Part shown: positions 12,200 to 24,479 of the stretch, in pieces | Numbering within the stretch: position 1 is the stretch's first letter | Layout of the letters: every line of letters begins with the position of its first letter | Program-made: the position numbers and the translations under genes | The notes under the pieces: model-generated | Told to the model about the DNA's origin: nothing | Database searches by the model: none | Seen by the model: the letters and a program-made list of their open reading frames with translations, nothing else | NCBI RefSeq assembly: GCF_046119375.1 | Contig: NW_027362763.1 | Location: 408,642,001-408,706,000, forward strand | Source of the DNA: Phyllobates terribilis | Lineage: Eukaryota | DNA length: 64,000 nt | Direction of reading: 5' to 3'

Positions 12200-14558
12200 C
12201 TTCAATCTATTTTTGCACTTGCTACTGTGATAAAGCAAGCAAGTAAGCCCTTGTAGGCCTCTTTTTGATTTTGTGGGTTGAAATTCAGCTATCTGAAGAG
12301 CTTGTCAGTGCAGAGCACAAAAAACTTTTTTTTCATTTGCTAATGTGATAGTGCAAGCTGTTTTAGTCCAGTTTGTCATTTTTTGGTGGGTGAACTTCAG
12401 ATGTATGCACAGTAAAACAAATATATTTTTTCTGTTGGCAGGCAGAGTCCACAAAAGATTTTTTTGTGTTGCAAACGATATACACTCTGCTAAAAGATAC
12501 CTACTATCTTAGTGGCGGTGAACCTCAGCTCTTTTCAGAGTAAAGAAATTGATTTTTCTTGCTTGGCAGAGTCCACAAAAGATTTTTTTGTGTGACAAAC
12601 GTGATACACTCTGCTATAAGCCACCTAGTGCTTATAGTGGCGGTGAAATTCATCTGTTTTCAGAGTAAAAAAATTGATTTTTCTGTTGCTAGCCACAGTC
12701 CACCAAAGATTTTTTTGCCTCGCAGACGTGTTACACTCTGCAATAAGCCTCCTAGTGCTTTTAGTGGCAGTGAAATTCAGCTGTTTTCAGAGTAAAAAAT
12801 AGATTTTTTTCTGTTGCTTGTGTGATTTTTTGTGTGGCAAATGTGAAACAGCCTGCTAAAATCCACCTACTATTTTAGTGGCAAACGTCATACACTCTGC
12901 TATACGTTAGTGGCAGTGAACTTCAGCTGTTTTCAGAGTAAAAAAATAGATTTTTTACTGTTGCTAGTGATTCGCCCCCAGGGCCGTGGGGTACTCGGCA
13001 GCCGGGCCTTATGGGTGCTTTCGGGGGAGATCACGGTGGCTGGCCCGGTCCGTGACCCAGGGCTGTCAGTGCAAAAAGGGGATATTTATAGGGGATTTGA
13101 CGTGATGCCACCTGTGGTGTCTGGTGAGGATCACCAGTGCTGAGACAGTCCTCTGAGGCAGATGTTAGGGCAGCTTGAGATGGAACGGCTCCCCACAGGT
13201 GGAGCAGGCCTCAAGGCAGTGTAGGTGAATGGAGGTGCGCTGCGCGTTGTAGTGCAGGGAGGGAAATGGCACCGGCGAAATAAAGGAGCGGAGGTTGCTC
13301 AGTGCAGTCATCCAAGATTTACTCACAGTTCTTAGACAGTCCACAGGTGCACTGTACTGGTGCAAGCCTGCCGTGTCGCACTGCGTTCACCGGGCAGGGG
13401 TTCAGTCCTTCCTCAGGCAGTTCAGGTGTACCTGGCGGAACCTCACTTTCTTATGTACCTCTCTAGACCGACTTCACGCTGGGTCTTACTCCCTCCTGCC
13501 CTGTGCTTCCCACTGTGAATCCTGTTTGGGTGCTGCAAGGTCCCCCCTGTCAGTTGGAGTTGCACAGACCTGCTTGACCTTACTTGGATTGGAGTGGGGG
13601 TTCGGCTTCTGGGTATAAAAGCCAGAAGCCTGTGGTTTTTCCAGCCGAGGCTTGAAGCTGCATGACTGGGCCAGGGGCCGGTCCCCTTCTTGCGGCCTAG
13701 ATCCTCCTGACACTTGGCAGGTTCGGGGTGTACGGGTACCGCCTGCACTCGCCGTACTCCCCTAGGATCCCTTCTGTAGAATGGAGCCTACTCCTTGCTC
13801 CCCTCTTGGGCCTCAGTCCTGGGCCCTTGTAGTGGAGCAGAGCTCCTACAGAGACTCTGCTCCCAGACTGTTCCTCTGAACTGTCCCTACTCGACTCTCC
13901 AACTACTGTAAGATGTCTACCTTTTATATATTTACTATATGAGTGCACCCATAAACTACTTCCTCCACCCACACCCACTACTGGTTCCCCCTAACTTTGG
14001 GTTCCCCCCACCCCAGCCAGGGTCAGAGCTCAGCAGAAAACTACAATGCGTCTTGCTCCTCCGGCTGGCCTGGGGTAGTGTAGTGTTGGATGTAGGTGTT
14101 GGGGTTCCGTGCAGCACTCCCTCCTTACCTGAGAGAAGGGAGACACCACACCTCTGGGTGAGGTGCAGTACCTCTGTGGCGACCGAACCTTCAGGGGCGC
14201 CACACTAGACAGAGTCCAAAAAATATTTTTTCTGTCGCAAACCTGTTACACTCTGCAATAAACCACCTAGTCCTTTTAGTGGCGGTGAAATTCAGCTGTA
14301 TTCAGTCAGAGCTTGTGCAGAGTCAAAAAATCTATTTTTTGCTGTTGCTAACATTATACTCCAGGCTAGATCTGAGTTTGAAATAGTTTAAAGAATATCT
14401 ACTATGTTATACAGGCGTCATTCACAGTAAAAAAAATACTTTGTTCAATTCCTAACGTTATACAGCAGGGACATCTCAGTTTGAAATAGTTTGGGGAATA
14501 TGTCGAATGCTATACAGGCCTCATCCACAGTAAAAAATTAATTTGTTTGGTTCCTAAC
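12200..14558. repeat. hAT-A 5' internal arrays (~105-190-bp units), interrupted by a solo LTR and continuing at 26583-26830 after hAT-B
   Basis: Recurrent TTAGTGGCGGTGAA(A/C)TTCAGCT..TTTCAGAGTAAA units, then AGTTTGAAATAGTTT..TTATACAGGC..TTCCTAACGTTATACAGC units that resume in phase after 26590. Confidence 0.8.
12968..14204 (-). mobile_element. Solo LTR (1237 bp), Gypsy-like
   Basis: TG...CA termini (TGATTCGCCCCC and GGGGCGCCACA); 4-bp TSD CTAG; TATA-like motif on the minus strand at ~13930; reverse complement of the LTR family at 21569-22752. Confidence 0.85.
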
Positions 14559-15469
14559 TAGAGATGAGCATTGTTCTACTCGAACTGTTCGCCAATCTCA
14601 AATTCGAGCTGTTTTGGGCGGTGTTCGAGCCGTTCGGCGAACACGAACGATTTGAGAAAAATTCGGCTGTTCGAGGTTATGTTCGATAACTGTTCGTGCA
14701 CCAAAATCATAACTGGATTTTTTCTCAGTAATGATGAAAATTAATGTTAATACGCAGTTTGAGTGTACAGCGGGGTGGGGGGAGGGGCAGGGGATGGATC
14801 TCTGCAGGAATAATGAAGATCTCCATTTTTTTTTCTCTTTCCCGCATTTACAGTGGGGAGGTGCAATCTGTCAGCCTATCAGCAGCGCACACACGGAGCG
14901 AAGTGCTTTTTTCACACAAGCAAGGGCATGTGTCATTGGCAGTGTATGTCACATGTCCTTGCCCTATAAGACCAAGCCATTTTCCCCGTCGCCACCATTT
15001 TCTCACTGCTGCAGCTGCGTGTTAGACGGCACCGCTGTTGATGTGTGCGCTATACCTTGTTAATTTCAAGCCAATTTTTGCACAAATCTACAGATAGCTT
15101 GGGAGTAGGGAATAGTTGTGATTACAGTCCTTTTAAGGACTAGGTTACAGCATTTCCTATGACTTTTATCAGGCAGGTCTGTGCTCTTAAATAGATAGAT
15201 TGTGGGAGTAAAGACTAATTGTAATTGCAGTCCTTTTCAGGACTAGGTTACATCAGTTCCTATCAGTTTTTGCCAGGCAGGTCTGTGCCAGTGCTGTGCA
15301 AGTTTTTTTCACAGCATTTGGCTGAATCTAGCAAAGCTAATCCTTTTTGGCCTATTGCAGAGTGTGTTAGTCAGTGGAGTAGCCTATCTGTGTTGCAAGA
15401 TATACCACCTGTGTATAGAATACCAATTTTTTTACTGCACCTAGTGAAGTAAAATCTTTTGGGCATAGC

Positions 15470-17640
15470 ATCATTCTATTAGTCCATCTATACTAACCTC
15501 GATCAGGTTGCAAATTGAATATAATTTTTTTCTGCATCTAGCTCTGAAAAAATATTTGGGCTTCTAGCAGTGTGTGGGACTTGTTCTATTAGTCCATCTA
15601 TACTGACCTCCATCAGGTTGCAAACTGAATATAATTTTTTTCTGCATCTAGCTCTGAAAAAATATTTGGCCTTCTACCAGTGTGTGGTACTTTCTCTATT
15701 AGTCCATCTATACTGACCTCCATCAGGTTGCAAACTGAATATATTTTTTTTCTGCATCTACCTCTGAAAAAATATTGGGCTTCTAGCTGTGTGTGGGACT
15801 TGTTCTATTAATCCATCTATACAGACCTCCATCAGGTTGCAAACTGAATATAATTTTTTTCTGCATCTACCTCTGAAAAAATATTTGGGCTTCTAGCTGT
15901 GTGTGGGACTTGTTCTATTAGTCCATCTATACTGACCTCCATCAGGTTGCAAATTAAAAATAATTTTTATCTGCATCTACCTCTGAAAAAATATTTGGGC
16001 TTCTAGCTGTGTGTGGGACTTGTTCTATTAGTCCATCTATACTGACCTCCATCAGGTTGCAAACTGAATATAATTTTTTTCTGCATCTAGCTCTGAAAAA
16101 ATATTTGGCCTTCTAGCAGTGTGTGGGACTTGTTCTATTAATCCATCTATACAGACCTCCATCAGGTTGCAAACTGAATATAATTTTTTTCTGCATCTAC
16201 CTCTGAAAAAATATTTGGGCTTCTAGCTGTGTGTGGGACTTGTTCTATTAGTCCATCTATACTGACCTCCATCAGGTTGCAAACTGAATATAATTTTTTT
16301 CTGCATCTAGCTCTGAAAAAATATTTGGCCTTCTAGCAGTGTGTGGGACTTGTTCTATTAATCCATCTATACAGACCTCCATCAGGTTGCAAACTGAATG
16401 TAATTTTTTTCTGCATCTACCTCTGAAAAAATATTTGGCCTTCTATCAGTGTGTGGGACTTGTTCTATTAATCCATCTATACAGACCTCCATCAGGTTGC
16501 AAACTGAATATAATTTTTTTCTGCATCTACCTCTGAAAAAATATTTGGGCTTCTAGCTGTGTGTGCGACTTTCTCTATTAGTCCATGTATACTGACCTCC
16601 ATCAGGTTGCAAATTAAAAATAATTTTTTGTCTGCATCTAGCTCTGAAAAAATATTTGGCCTTCTAGCAGTGTGTGGGACTTTCTCTATTAGTCCATCTA
16701 TACTGACCTCCATCAGGTTGCAAGCTGAATATATTTTTTTCTGCATCTACCTCTGAAAAAATATTGGGCTTCTAGCTGTGTGTGGGACTTGTTCTATTAA
16801 TCCATCTATACAGACCTCCATCAGGTTGCAAACTGAATATAATTTTTTTCTGCATCTACCTCTGAAAAAATATTTGGGCTTCTAGCTGTGTGTGGGACTT
16901 GTTCTATTAGTCCATCTATACTGACCTCCATCAGGTTGCAGACTGAAAATAATTCTTTGTCTGCATCTAGCTCTGAAAAAATATTTGGCCTTCTAGCAGT
17001 GTGTGGGACTTTCTCTATTAGTCCATCTATACTGACCTCCATCAGGTTGCAAATTAAAAATAATTTTTATCTGCATCCAGCTCTGAAAAAATATTTGGCC
17101 TTCTAGCAGTGTGTGGGACTTTCTCTATTAGTCCATCTATACTGACCTCCATCAGGTTGCAAATTAAAAATAATTTTTATCTGCATCCACCTCTGAAAAA
17201 ATATTTGGCCTTCTAGCAGTGTGTGGGACTTTCTCTATTAGTCCATCTATACTGACCTCCATCAGGTTGCAAATTCAAAATATTTTTTTGTCTGCATCTA
17301 GCTCTGAAAAAATATTTGGCCTTCTAGCTGTGTGTGGGACTTTCTCTATTACTCCATCTATTCTGACCTCCATCAGGTTGCAAATTAAAAATAATTTTTA
17401 TCTGCATCTAGCTCTGAAAAAATATTTGGACTTCTAGCTGTGTGTGGGACTTGGTCTATTAGTCCATCTATACTGACCTCCATCAGGTTGCAAATGAAAA
17501 ATAATTTTTATCTGCATCTAGCTCTGAAAAAATATTTGGCCTTCTAGCAGTGTGTGGGACTCATTGTATTAGTCCTTCTATACCAAGCTCCACCAGCTTT
17601 TAAATTAATAATAATTTTTAGCTGCATCTAGCCCTGAAAA
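15470..17640. repeat. 110-bp tandem array, ~20 highly similar copies, inside hAT-B
   Basis: CTCTGAAAAAATATT recurs at 15542, 15652, 15762 and onward (period 110). Unit: TCTAGCAGTGTGTGGGACTT..AGTCCATCTATACTGACCTCCATCAGGTTGCAAA..CTGCATCTA. Confidence 0.95.
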
Positions 17641-17975
17641 TAATTTTTCTTCCCAATAGTGGTAGCAATAGAAATATGGGGCGCGCGCCTGGCTTACAAA
17701 AATATACGCTTCATAACAAAAAACACCAGCCTAGCGCACTGAATTAATAAGATGGCATTATCGTCTCCCCCAGTGCTAGGCCTACTACCCAGGCTAGCAT
17801 TCCTGTGCCTAAAACACAATGTATGGGTCCGCGCTAGCCACTATGCTGGGGGGTCTAAAGCTGCTGCTAACGCTTTATAACAATTCAATTGGCAGATTTT
17901 CACAGAGCTCTTCCACAACGCCCACCCATCGGGCAACAGTTGCCCACCTTCCCTATGGGATCTAGTGGCGAATAG

Positions 17976-18863
17976 TTGATGCCATTAATCAGAGCGTCAG
18001 TTGCCCCGTCGACGTGGCAAGCATACAGTAAGGCATGGGAAGAGTGGACACGACTAGTAGCAGGCAGACGGGTTGACCAATGTGAACAAGCCAGATCACA
18101 AGTCACCATAGAATTTCTCCACCAGCTAATTATGAGGGGCATATCAAGGGCGTCAGCGCAGCGGTGTCTGACCGGAGTAGCATTTCATTTCCAACTACTG
18201 AATTGGGGAGATGTGACAAAGGTTCATCATCAGACAATCCATAAAAGGGTGGAAAAGGGGTCAGCCAAGTCAGGAGTGTAGACGTCCCGTCCCGTGTCAC
18301 TAAAACTGATTTCTCACATCATATCCCTAACACCATTAACATGACACTCACAATTTGAAGCAACACTACTGTCTACTGCATTTGTGATCGCCTTCTTCGG
18401 GGCGCTATGCATAAGCGAATTAGTCCCTCAATCCAAAATTACCACCAGTGGAGGCTTATTACACCAGGACGTAGTCATAGCCAATAATGCAATACGTCTA
18501 CGCATACACAAATCGAAAACGGTTCCAGCGGGCAGGGGCACTTGGGTACTTCTACAACCCACAAACGGTACACTGAGTTGGGTAACAATAGTAAAAACAT
18601 ATCTAACCATCAGATCACAAAGTAATTTCTTCCTATCACACATTGATGGAATGCCATTATCAAGATACCAGTTCCAAGCTATATTTAATAAATGCATAAC
18701 ATCGGCAGGGAACCACCCCAAAGATTACGGGACACACTCATTCCGCATAGGCGCGACCACGGAAGCAGCAAGAGCAGGACTGTCAGAAACGGAAGTTCAG
18801 AGGATAGGGAGATGGCGATCCACGTGTTTGGCAAGATACATAAGACCGGACTTGTTATCCTAA
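17976..18863 (+). pseudogene. Tyrosine recombinase (SAM-like N-terminal domain plus catalytic domain), disrupted
   Basis: RASVAPSTWQAYSKAW...; AFFGALCISELV (catalytic R>C); HSFRIGA, GRW and RYIR motifs; frameshift at ~18230 and an in-frame stop at ~18341. Confidence 0.9.
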
Positions 18864-18884
18864 CGTGGTTTGTTTATTTTACAG

Positions 18885-19447
18885 GTGACGCTAAGCCAAC
18901 AGTGTGGGTGATAGGCCACTCGTATATGTATTGGGCAGAAAAAAGGGCGAAAGTCTGCCCAGCCGGGAGGAAATTTGAGTTTCATAACACATATTTCAAC
19001 TAGAGAGGTATTAGAGGCCTGCTATGGCCACAGGTACTAATGGAGGTAATCAAGGTAGGGAGAGAGGCAAGATGTCCGGTCATCTTAGTTATACAGGCCG
19101 GGGGAAACAACCTAGGTCATAATAACAGCGCATAACTAATGGCAATAATGAAACTAGACACTGAGCGCTTCAGAGAATTTTTCACAAAACTAGCGATAGT
19201 ATGGTCAGAGATTGTGCCGATAGCGGTATGGCAAGGTGCGCGAGACATCACGGCCATCGAACGGACAAGGCGGGTAATAAATATTCGGATGGCAAAATTT
19301 AGAAGAGACAGAGGCGGTGTAGTAGTACGACACCGACAACTGGAAGGAGATAAAGCAGGCCTCATACGGTCCGACCTTGTTCACTTAATGAATATTGAAC
19401 TGGACATATTCCTGTCAGGACTCCAGGACGGAGTGGAACAAGCGTGA
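18885..19447 (+). pseudogene. SGNH/GDSL-type hydrolase ORF of the Ngaro element, frameshifted
   Basis: VWVIGHSY (block I Ser), LVIQAGGNNLG (block III), IVWSEIVP, RSDLVHL (block V D-x-x-H). There is no ATG at the ORF start, and a splice acceptor precedes it. Confidence 0.75.
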
Positions 19448-20101
19448 AGAGTGATGGGTGGGGGTCAGAGTCCTGCATACGAGTACGCAGGATCCTCCGT
19501 GGCCTGGAAATAGAAAGGACATGTTGGAGAGTTACACTTGTTGGCCAACTTGCCGGAGTGGAGACCCAGGGCATGCTGCAACAAGCTGAATTATTTTAGA
19601 AATAAAATGCCTTTCTAATGGAATGAGTATAAAGAGTTAATAAAGCTGTGACCGATCCTCACCCATCCAGTTGTAAGAGTTACATTATTGTATTGTCAAG
19701 GAAAGGGGGGCGGTAGGGGGGCTGAGCGTCTGGGTTTGGTTGGGGGTCCCCACAGTCTGCCTAGGCTAGATGCATTTAAAAATTCTTATTAGATACACAG
19801 GCGGTGCAGCTTGCTTCGCAGCTGGGCTACTACGCCCAAAGTATTGCCTAGGCTAGATGCAGTTAAAAATTCTATGCTGACTAGCAGACACTGAAGATTT
19901 GGAGCAGACCTCTGAGCTCTTCAGACTCAACCATCTGTGTTACCCCAAGCCATAGTGTATCTAGTTTCTTACAGTTAAAAAGGGGGGGGAGCGACCCAAC
20001 CCACCTGGAATTGACGATGCCAACGTCACGTAAGACACAGCAAGGAGACTCCAAAAAGAGTCTCCATTTTTTCCCAAAATTGTGGCACAGACACCACTTA
20101 A

Positions 20102-20317
20102 CCCTAGAACGCATACCTGGGGCCTCGCAGGCCCGCCCTGTTAATTGTTTTCTATTTTCTGCAAGATTACTTTAGTTAGAATTTTGAAACTCTAGGTATT
20201 CTTCATGTATATAGTTGTTTGTCATTTGAGTTTGAGTTACTCCATGTTATTTGCACACGAGCCTAAAAGGCCCCAGGTATATGAAAGTGTAGATTTTTAT
20301 GGTCATGCGTTCTAGGG
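20102..20317. mobile_element. 216-bp piggyBac-type MITE
   Basis: 13-bp TIR CCCTAGAACGCAT / ATGCGTTCTAGGG with a TTAA TSD on both sides (20098-20101 and 20318-20321). Confidence 0.88.
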
Positions 20318-21568
20318 TTAAGTGGCATCAATTGCCCCACAGTTGCTTAAAACGGTTGGTGAGGTGATTTTACCAAATCCTCAAGGTTTTAGTCTCCCAA
20401 GGATAGCACAGGGGTAGAAAAGTCCTTGCGAATCCATGATTTGTTCATCTTTATGAACGTGAGTCTGTCTACATTCTCAGTGGACAGACGCGTGCGCTTA
20501 TCTGTCAGCACACCACCAGCAGCGCTGAACACACGTTCAGAGAGAACACTGGCTGCAGGGCCTGACAAGATCTCCAAGGCGTGAGTGGCGAGCTCCGGCC
20601 ATTTTTCCAGATTGGAATACCAAAATGAGCAAGGGTCCAGTGACACAGTCATGGCTTCGATGTTCACTTGGAGATACTCCTGCACCATCCTCTCTAGGCG
20701 TTGACTATGTGTCAGACTTCTTGTCTCCTGTGGCCTTGCAAAGGATGGTCTAAAAAAGTGGTGAAACGATTCCACAAAATTGCTGTTACCAGCAGATACT
20801 GTGTTACTGTTACGGTTTGAGTGATGAAGACTCGACAGTCCCACGGTTGGCAAGTTAGAACTGTGAGATTCACTACGTGCACCACTGGTGTTTTGTGGAA
20901 AAGCACATGTAAGATTCTGAAACAGCGTCTGCAGATACTCCTGCATGCGTCAATCCCTTTTTATGGCAGGAATTATTTCGGCAAATTTACTTTTGTACCG
21001 GGGATCTAAGAGTGTGGCAACCCAGTAGTCGGGATTACTTCAAATTCTGACAATCTGAGGGTCATGTTGCAGGTAGTGCAGCAAGAAGGCACTCATGAGT
21101 CTTGCGCATCCAGGAGGACCAAGTCCTTGTTGTGTTGGTAGCGAGGTAAGAATCATGCTTCCTTCCTCTGCCCTCTCCCCTCAACCTCGCACAACAGAAA
21201 TGTGATCAAGGTCTCCCTCATCTGATGAGTCTTCCATGCCCATCGCCAGTTCGTCCTCCACTTCTTCCTCGGCTCCTGCACCTTCCTCAACAGTTTGGCT
21301 GCTACCATGCGCCCTGGTTAATCCCTCTCCCCCACCCTCCCATGCCTGCCGCCTTGGTGCTGCCAACCGTCTGGACCTTGGAGATGTTATCCCTTCCGCA
21401 TATGACTCCTCTTCTACTTCCTCCACCTCCTCTTGTCCCACCACCTGACTCTGAATTCTGTTTAGTGTGTGCTCCAGCATGTAAATCACCGAAATAGTCA
21501 TGCTGATAATGGCATCGTCGTCAGCACTAAACATCTTTGTCGCCATTTCAAAACTGTGCAGAAGGGTG

Positions 21569-22752
21569 TGTGGCGCCCCTGAGGGTTCAGTCGCCACAGA
21601 GTTACTGCATCTCACCCAGAGGTGTGGTATCTCACCCTCAGGTAAGGAAGGCATATGGCTCGGGACCCTAACACCTGCATCCAACACATACCCGCAGTGG
21701 GGGTAGGGCAAGATTGCTCCTAAGGGAGAGCACAGTCCCAGGTCCCTAGCTGGTGGAAGGGTCCTATGTAGTGGGTGCTTAGGGGAGCAGCTTAGCGGAG
21801 CACATGACAGGGAGAGTATAAATAGGAAGCTATCTTAGAAAGAGCAAGCCAGTCAGAGGAGGAAAAGTGACAGGAGCAGAGGCTCGGCATGAGCTCTGCT
21901 CCAGAGGCGGGCCTAGCCTGGGAGGCCCAGGACTGAAGGAGAGAAGAGAGGAGTGGGAGCAGGAAGGCTCCAGGAACCGAAGGGACCCTAGGGCTATGGG
22001 CCGTGCAGAAGGCCACCCATACTCCTGCTGCTACCAGGAGGTAGAGGGGTCAGACCAGATAAGGGGAACCGGTCCCTCAACTAGCGGAGAAACAGCAAGG
22101 CTCAACTAGAAACCGGAGGCTGCAGCATTTCATGTACTGCAGGTAAAAGTCCACACCAGTCTCACTAAGAAGGTAGCCACATAGGACCCAGGGGACGGAA
22201 CACAAGTCGCCCGCCAAGGCCCGAGGATACCGGATAGAAGTGTCACTGGGTGTGAGGTGCAGGTAGAAGGCCAGAGAAAGGACACACAGAAGGGGGTCCT
22301 GCTAAGTACTCCGGAGCTATCTGGGGGTGGACTGAGCCCCTCACTGAGTACGCACAGCACGACGGGTGAGATTGCTCTGGTACCTGTAATCTGGACTGCA
22401 ACAACTGTGAGTAAAGATCTTGGGACTGCATCACACGGACTCTGTGTTCATTACTGACTCCCTGCACTACAACCACCATCATCCACCCACACTGCCCTCA
22501 AGCTACACTCTTCCTGTGGTGAGTAATAATACCATTGCTGCAAAACCACCAGCTTCAGAGGACTGTTTCGCAGTGGCGGCCCCTTTTGCCCCACTCCAGA
22601 GGTGGCGTAGTCGGACATTATAAAACCCATATATACAAATTACCCTTGGATTGACCGCCCTGGATCACGGACCGGGTCACCGCCACAGTGACTACAACCC
22701 CCAGTGTCTACCGGCCCGGCTCAGCGTACCCCACGGCCCAGGGGGCGCGTCA
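21569..22752 (+). mobile_element. Solo LTR (~1.18 kb), same family as 12968-14204, inserted in the hAT-B transposase
   Basis: TGTGGCGCCCC...GGGGCGCGTCA termini; TATAAATA at ~21817; AGTAAA at ~22410. The TSD is not preserved (GGTG vs ACTT). Confidence 0.8.
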
Positions 22753-24479
22753 ACTTCATAGGTCCCTGATCTGAGACCACTCCTGCAGCGTGATTTGCCC
22801 CACCTCTGGATCTCGTTGGCCCAGGCTATACGTCAGAACGTATTGCACCAGGGCTTGTCGGTGCTGCCACAGTCGCTGCAACATGGTCTGAGTTGAATTC
22901 CACCATGTCGGCACATCGCATTTCAGCCGGTGAACTGGCAGGCCCAACGACTTCTGTAGAGATGTAAGTCATTGAGCTGCGGGATGCGAACGGCGGAAGT
23001 GAGCACACAGCGACCGTGCCCCCTGCAGAAGGCCATCTAGTCCGGGATAGTGGGCTAACAATTTATGGACAACCAGGTTCAACACGTGAGCCATACAAGG
23101 CACGTGTGTGACATTGCCCCGGCGATGCAGCATTGTCGCACGCGGCCTTCCCTGGTTGCAGGTCCAGTGGAGACAACCATTCATGAAACTGGGTCTCCAG
23201 AGCTGACCACAACTCCTCAGCTGTGTGACTCACATTTCCCAGACATTTCAAAGTAAACACTGATGCCTTGAGCCCTGCTTCCAGCATAGTAAGGAGGTGT
23301 GCAGGATTCCTTCTGCGCAGTTAGAATGCAGGTGGCATTACCAGACAGGATTTGGGTGCAGGTGGAGGACCGAGAGGAGGTTGAGGAGGCAGAAGCAGTG
23401 GAGGAACTTCGAGATAAAGAGGATTGACGCACAACTCGTGGGGACGGTAAGACTTGGACAGCAGCCCCTTGTCCTGCTGTCACCATAGTTACCCAGTGCC
23501 CAGTCAGCGACATGTAACGCCCCTGTCCATGCCTACTCGTCCAAGTGTCTGTGGTGAAATGCACCCTGTCACACACAGAGTTTCTCAAAGAAGCGGTGAT
23601 GTTGTGTGCGACATGCTGGTGGAGCGCAGGCACACCTTTCTTTGAGAAGTAGTGCCGACTGAGCATCTGGTACTGGGGCACTGAGACGGGCATAAGGTCT
23701 CGAAAATCCACTGTGTCCTCCAGGCGGAAAGGCAGCATTTCTGTAGCCAAGAGCTTGCAGATGGTGAAATTCAACCTCTTAGCTTTCTCATGGCTAGGAG
23801 GAAATGGTCTTTTACTTTTCCACATCTGAGGGACCGAGGGCTGGCTGTTGTGCTTAGACGTGGTTGAGTAGGATGTCCCCGGCAAACTGCCGGTCTGTGA
23901 GGAAGATGCAGCCGGACATGTTAGATTGCCTTGATCCAAAGCTGGTGCTCTCGATGTCAGAGAGCGCTCAACACCAGCAGGTGTTTCCACTTCCCAATGA
24001 ACTGATGACCTGCCAATCACACTGGCTGTTGCAGGTAAAGAGGTGGCAGGTCTGCGTCCAAAAACATGTGTGACTGCTGTCCCCCCAGTCACAGAGGATG
24101 AAGAGGCCGCGGATGCACAAGATGGGGCAGACGGTGGTTGGCCCAGCCTGCTAGGCCGCATTGTAGCACAGTGAGCTTCCCACTGCAACTTATGCTTCAT
24201 ATCCATGTGCTGGTTAATGCATGAAGTACTCAAACTATGGATTTTTTGGCCTCTACTTATGTTTTGGTTACAAATATTACAGATAACACGAGTTGGGTCA
24301 TCCTTATCATTCTGAATAAATGCCCAGGCTATGCAAGGCTTAGAGCCCATGCGACCTGAAGAGCCACTACGACTTGTGGTCAGAGGCAGAGTTGTGGTTG
24401 AGGATGCAGTTGTTGACGTGCTTCCAGTACTCCATCTGTGTCCAGGAAGGCGCAACCTAACCTCGTCGTCAATAGCATC

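Larger units (their letters stand above)
17647..19700 (+). mobile_element. 5'-truncated Ngaro-type (DIRS order) tyrosine-recombinase retrotransposon: RNase H C-terminus, YR and SGNH hydrolase
   Basis: 17647-17975 translates FFPIVVAIEIWG...INKMALSSPPVLGLLPRLAFLCLKHNVWVRASH...ANAL*QFNWQIF...SLWDLV (DIRS/Ngaro RNase H). It is followed by the YR and hydrolase remnants and a 3' AATAAAGCTGTG tail at ~19638. Confidence 0.85.

Noticed and set aside
15470-17640. CRISPR-like array
   Set aside because: The units are contiguous 110-bp tandem repeats without unique spacers, the context is eukaryotic, and there are no cas genes.
21181-21711. 176-aa ORF as an LTR-transposase fusion gene
   Set aside because: It is chance read-through from the antisense strand of a solo LTR into a pseudogene segment; upstream and downstream frames are broken.
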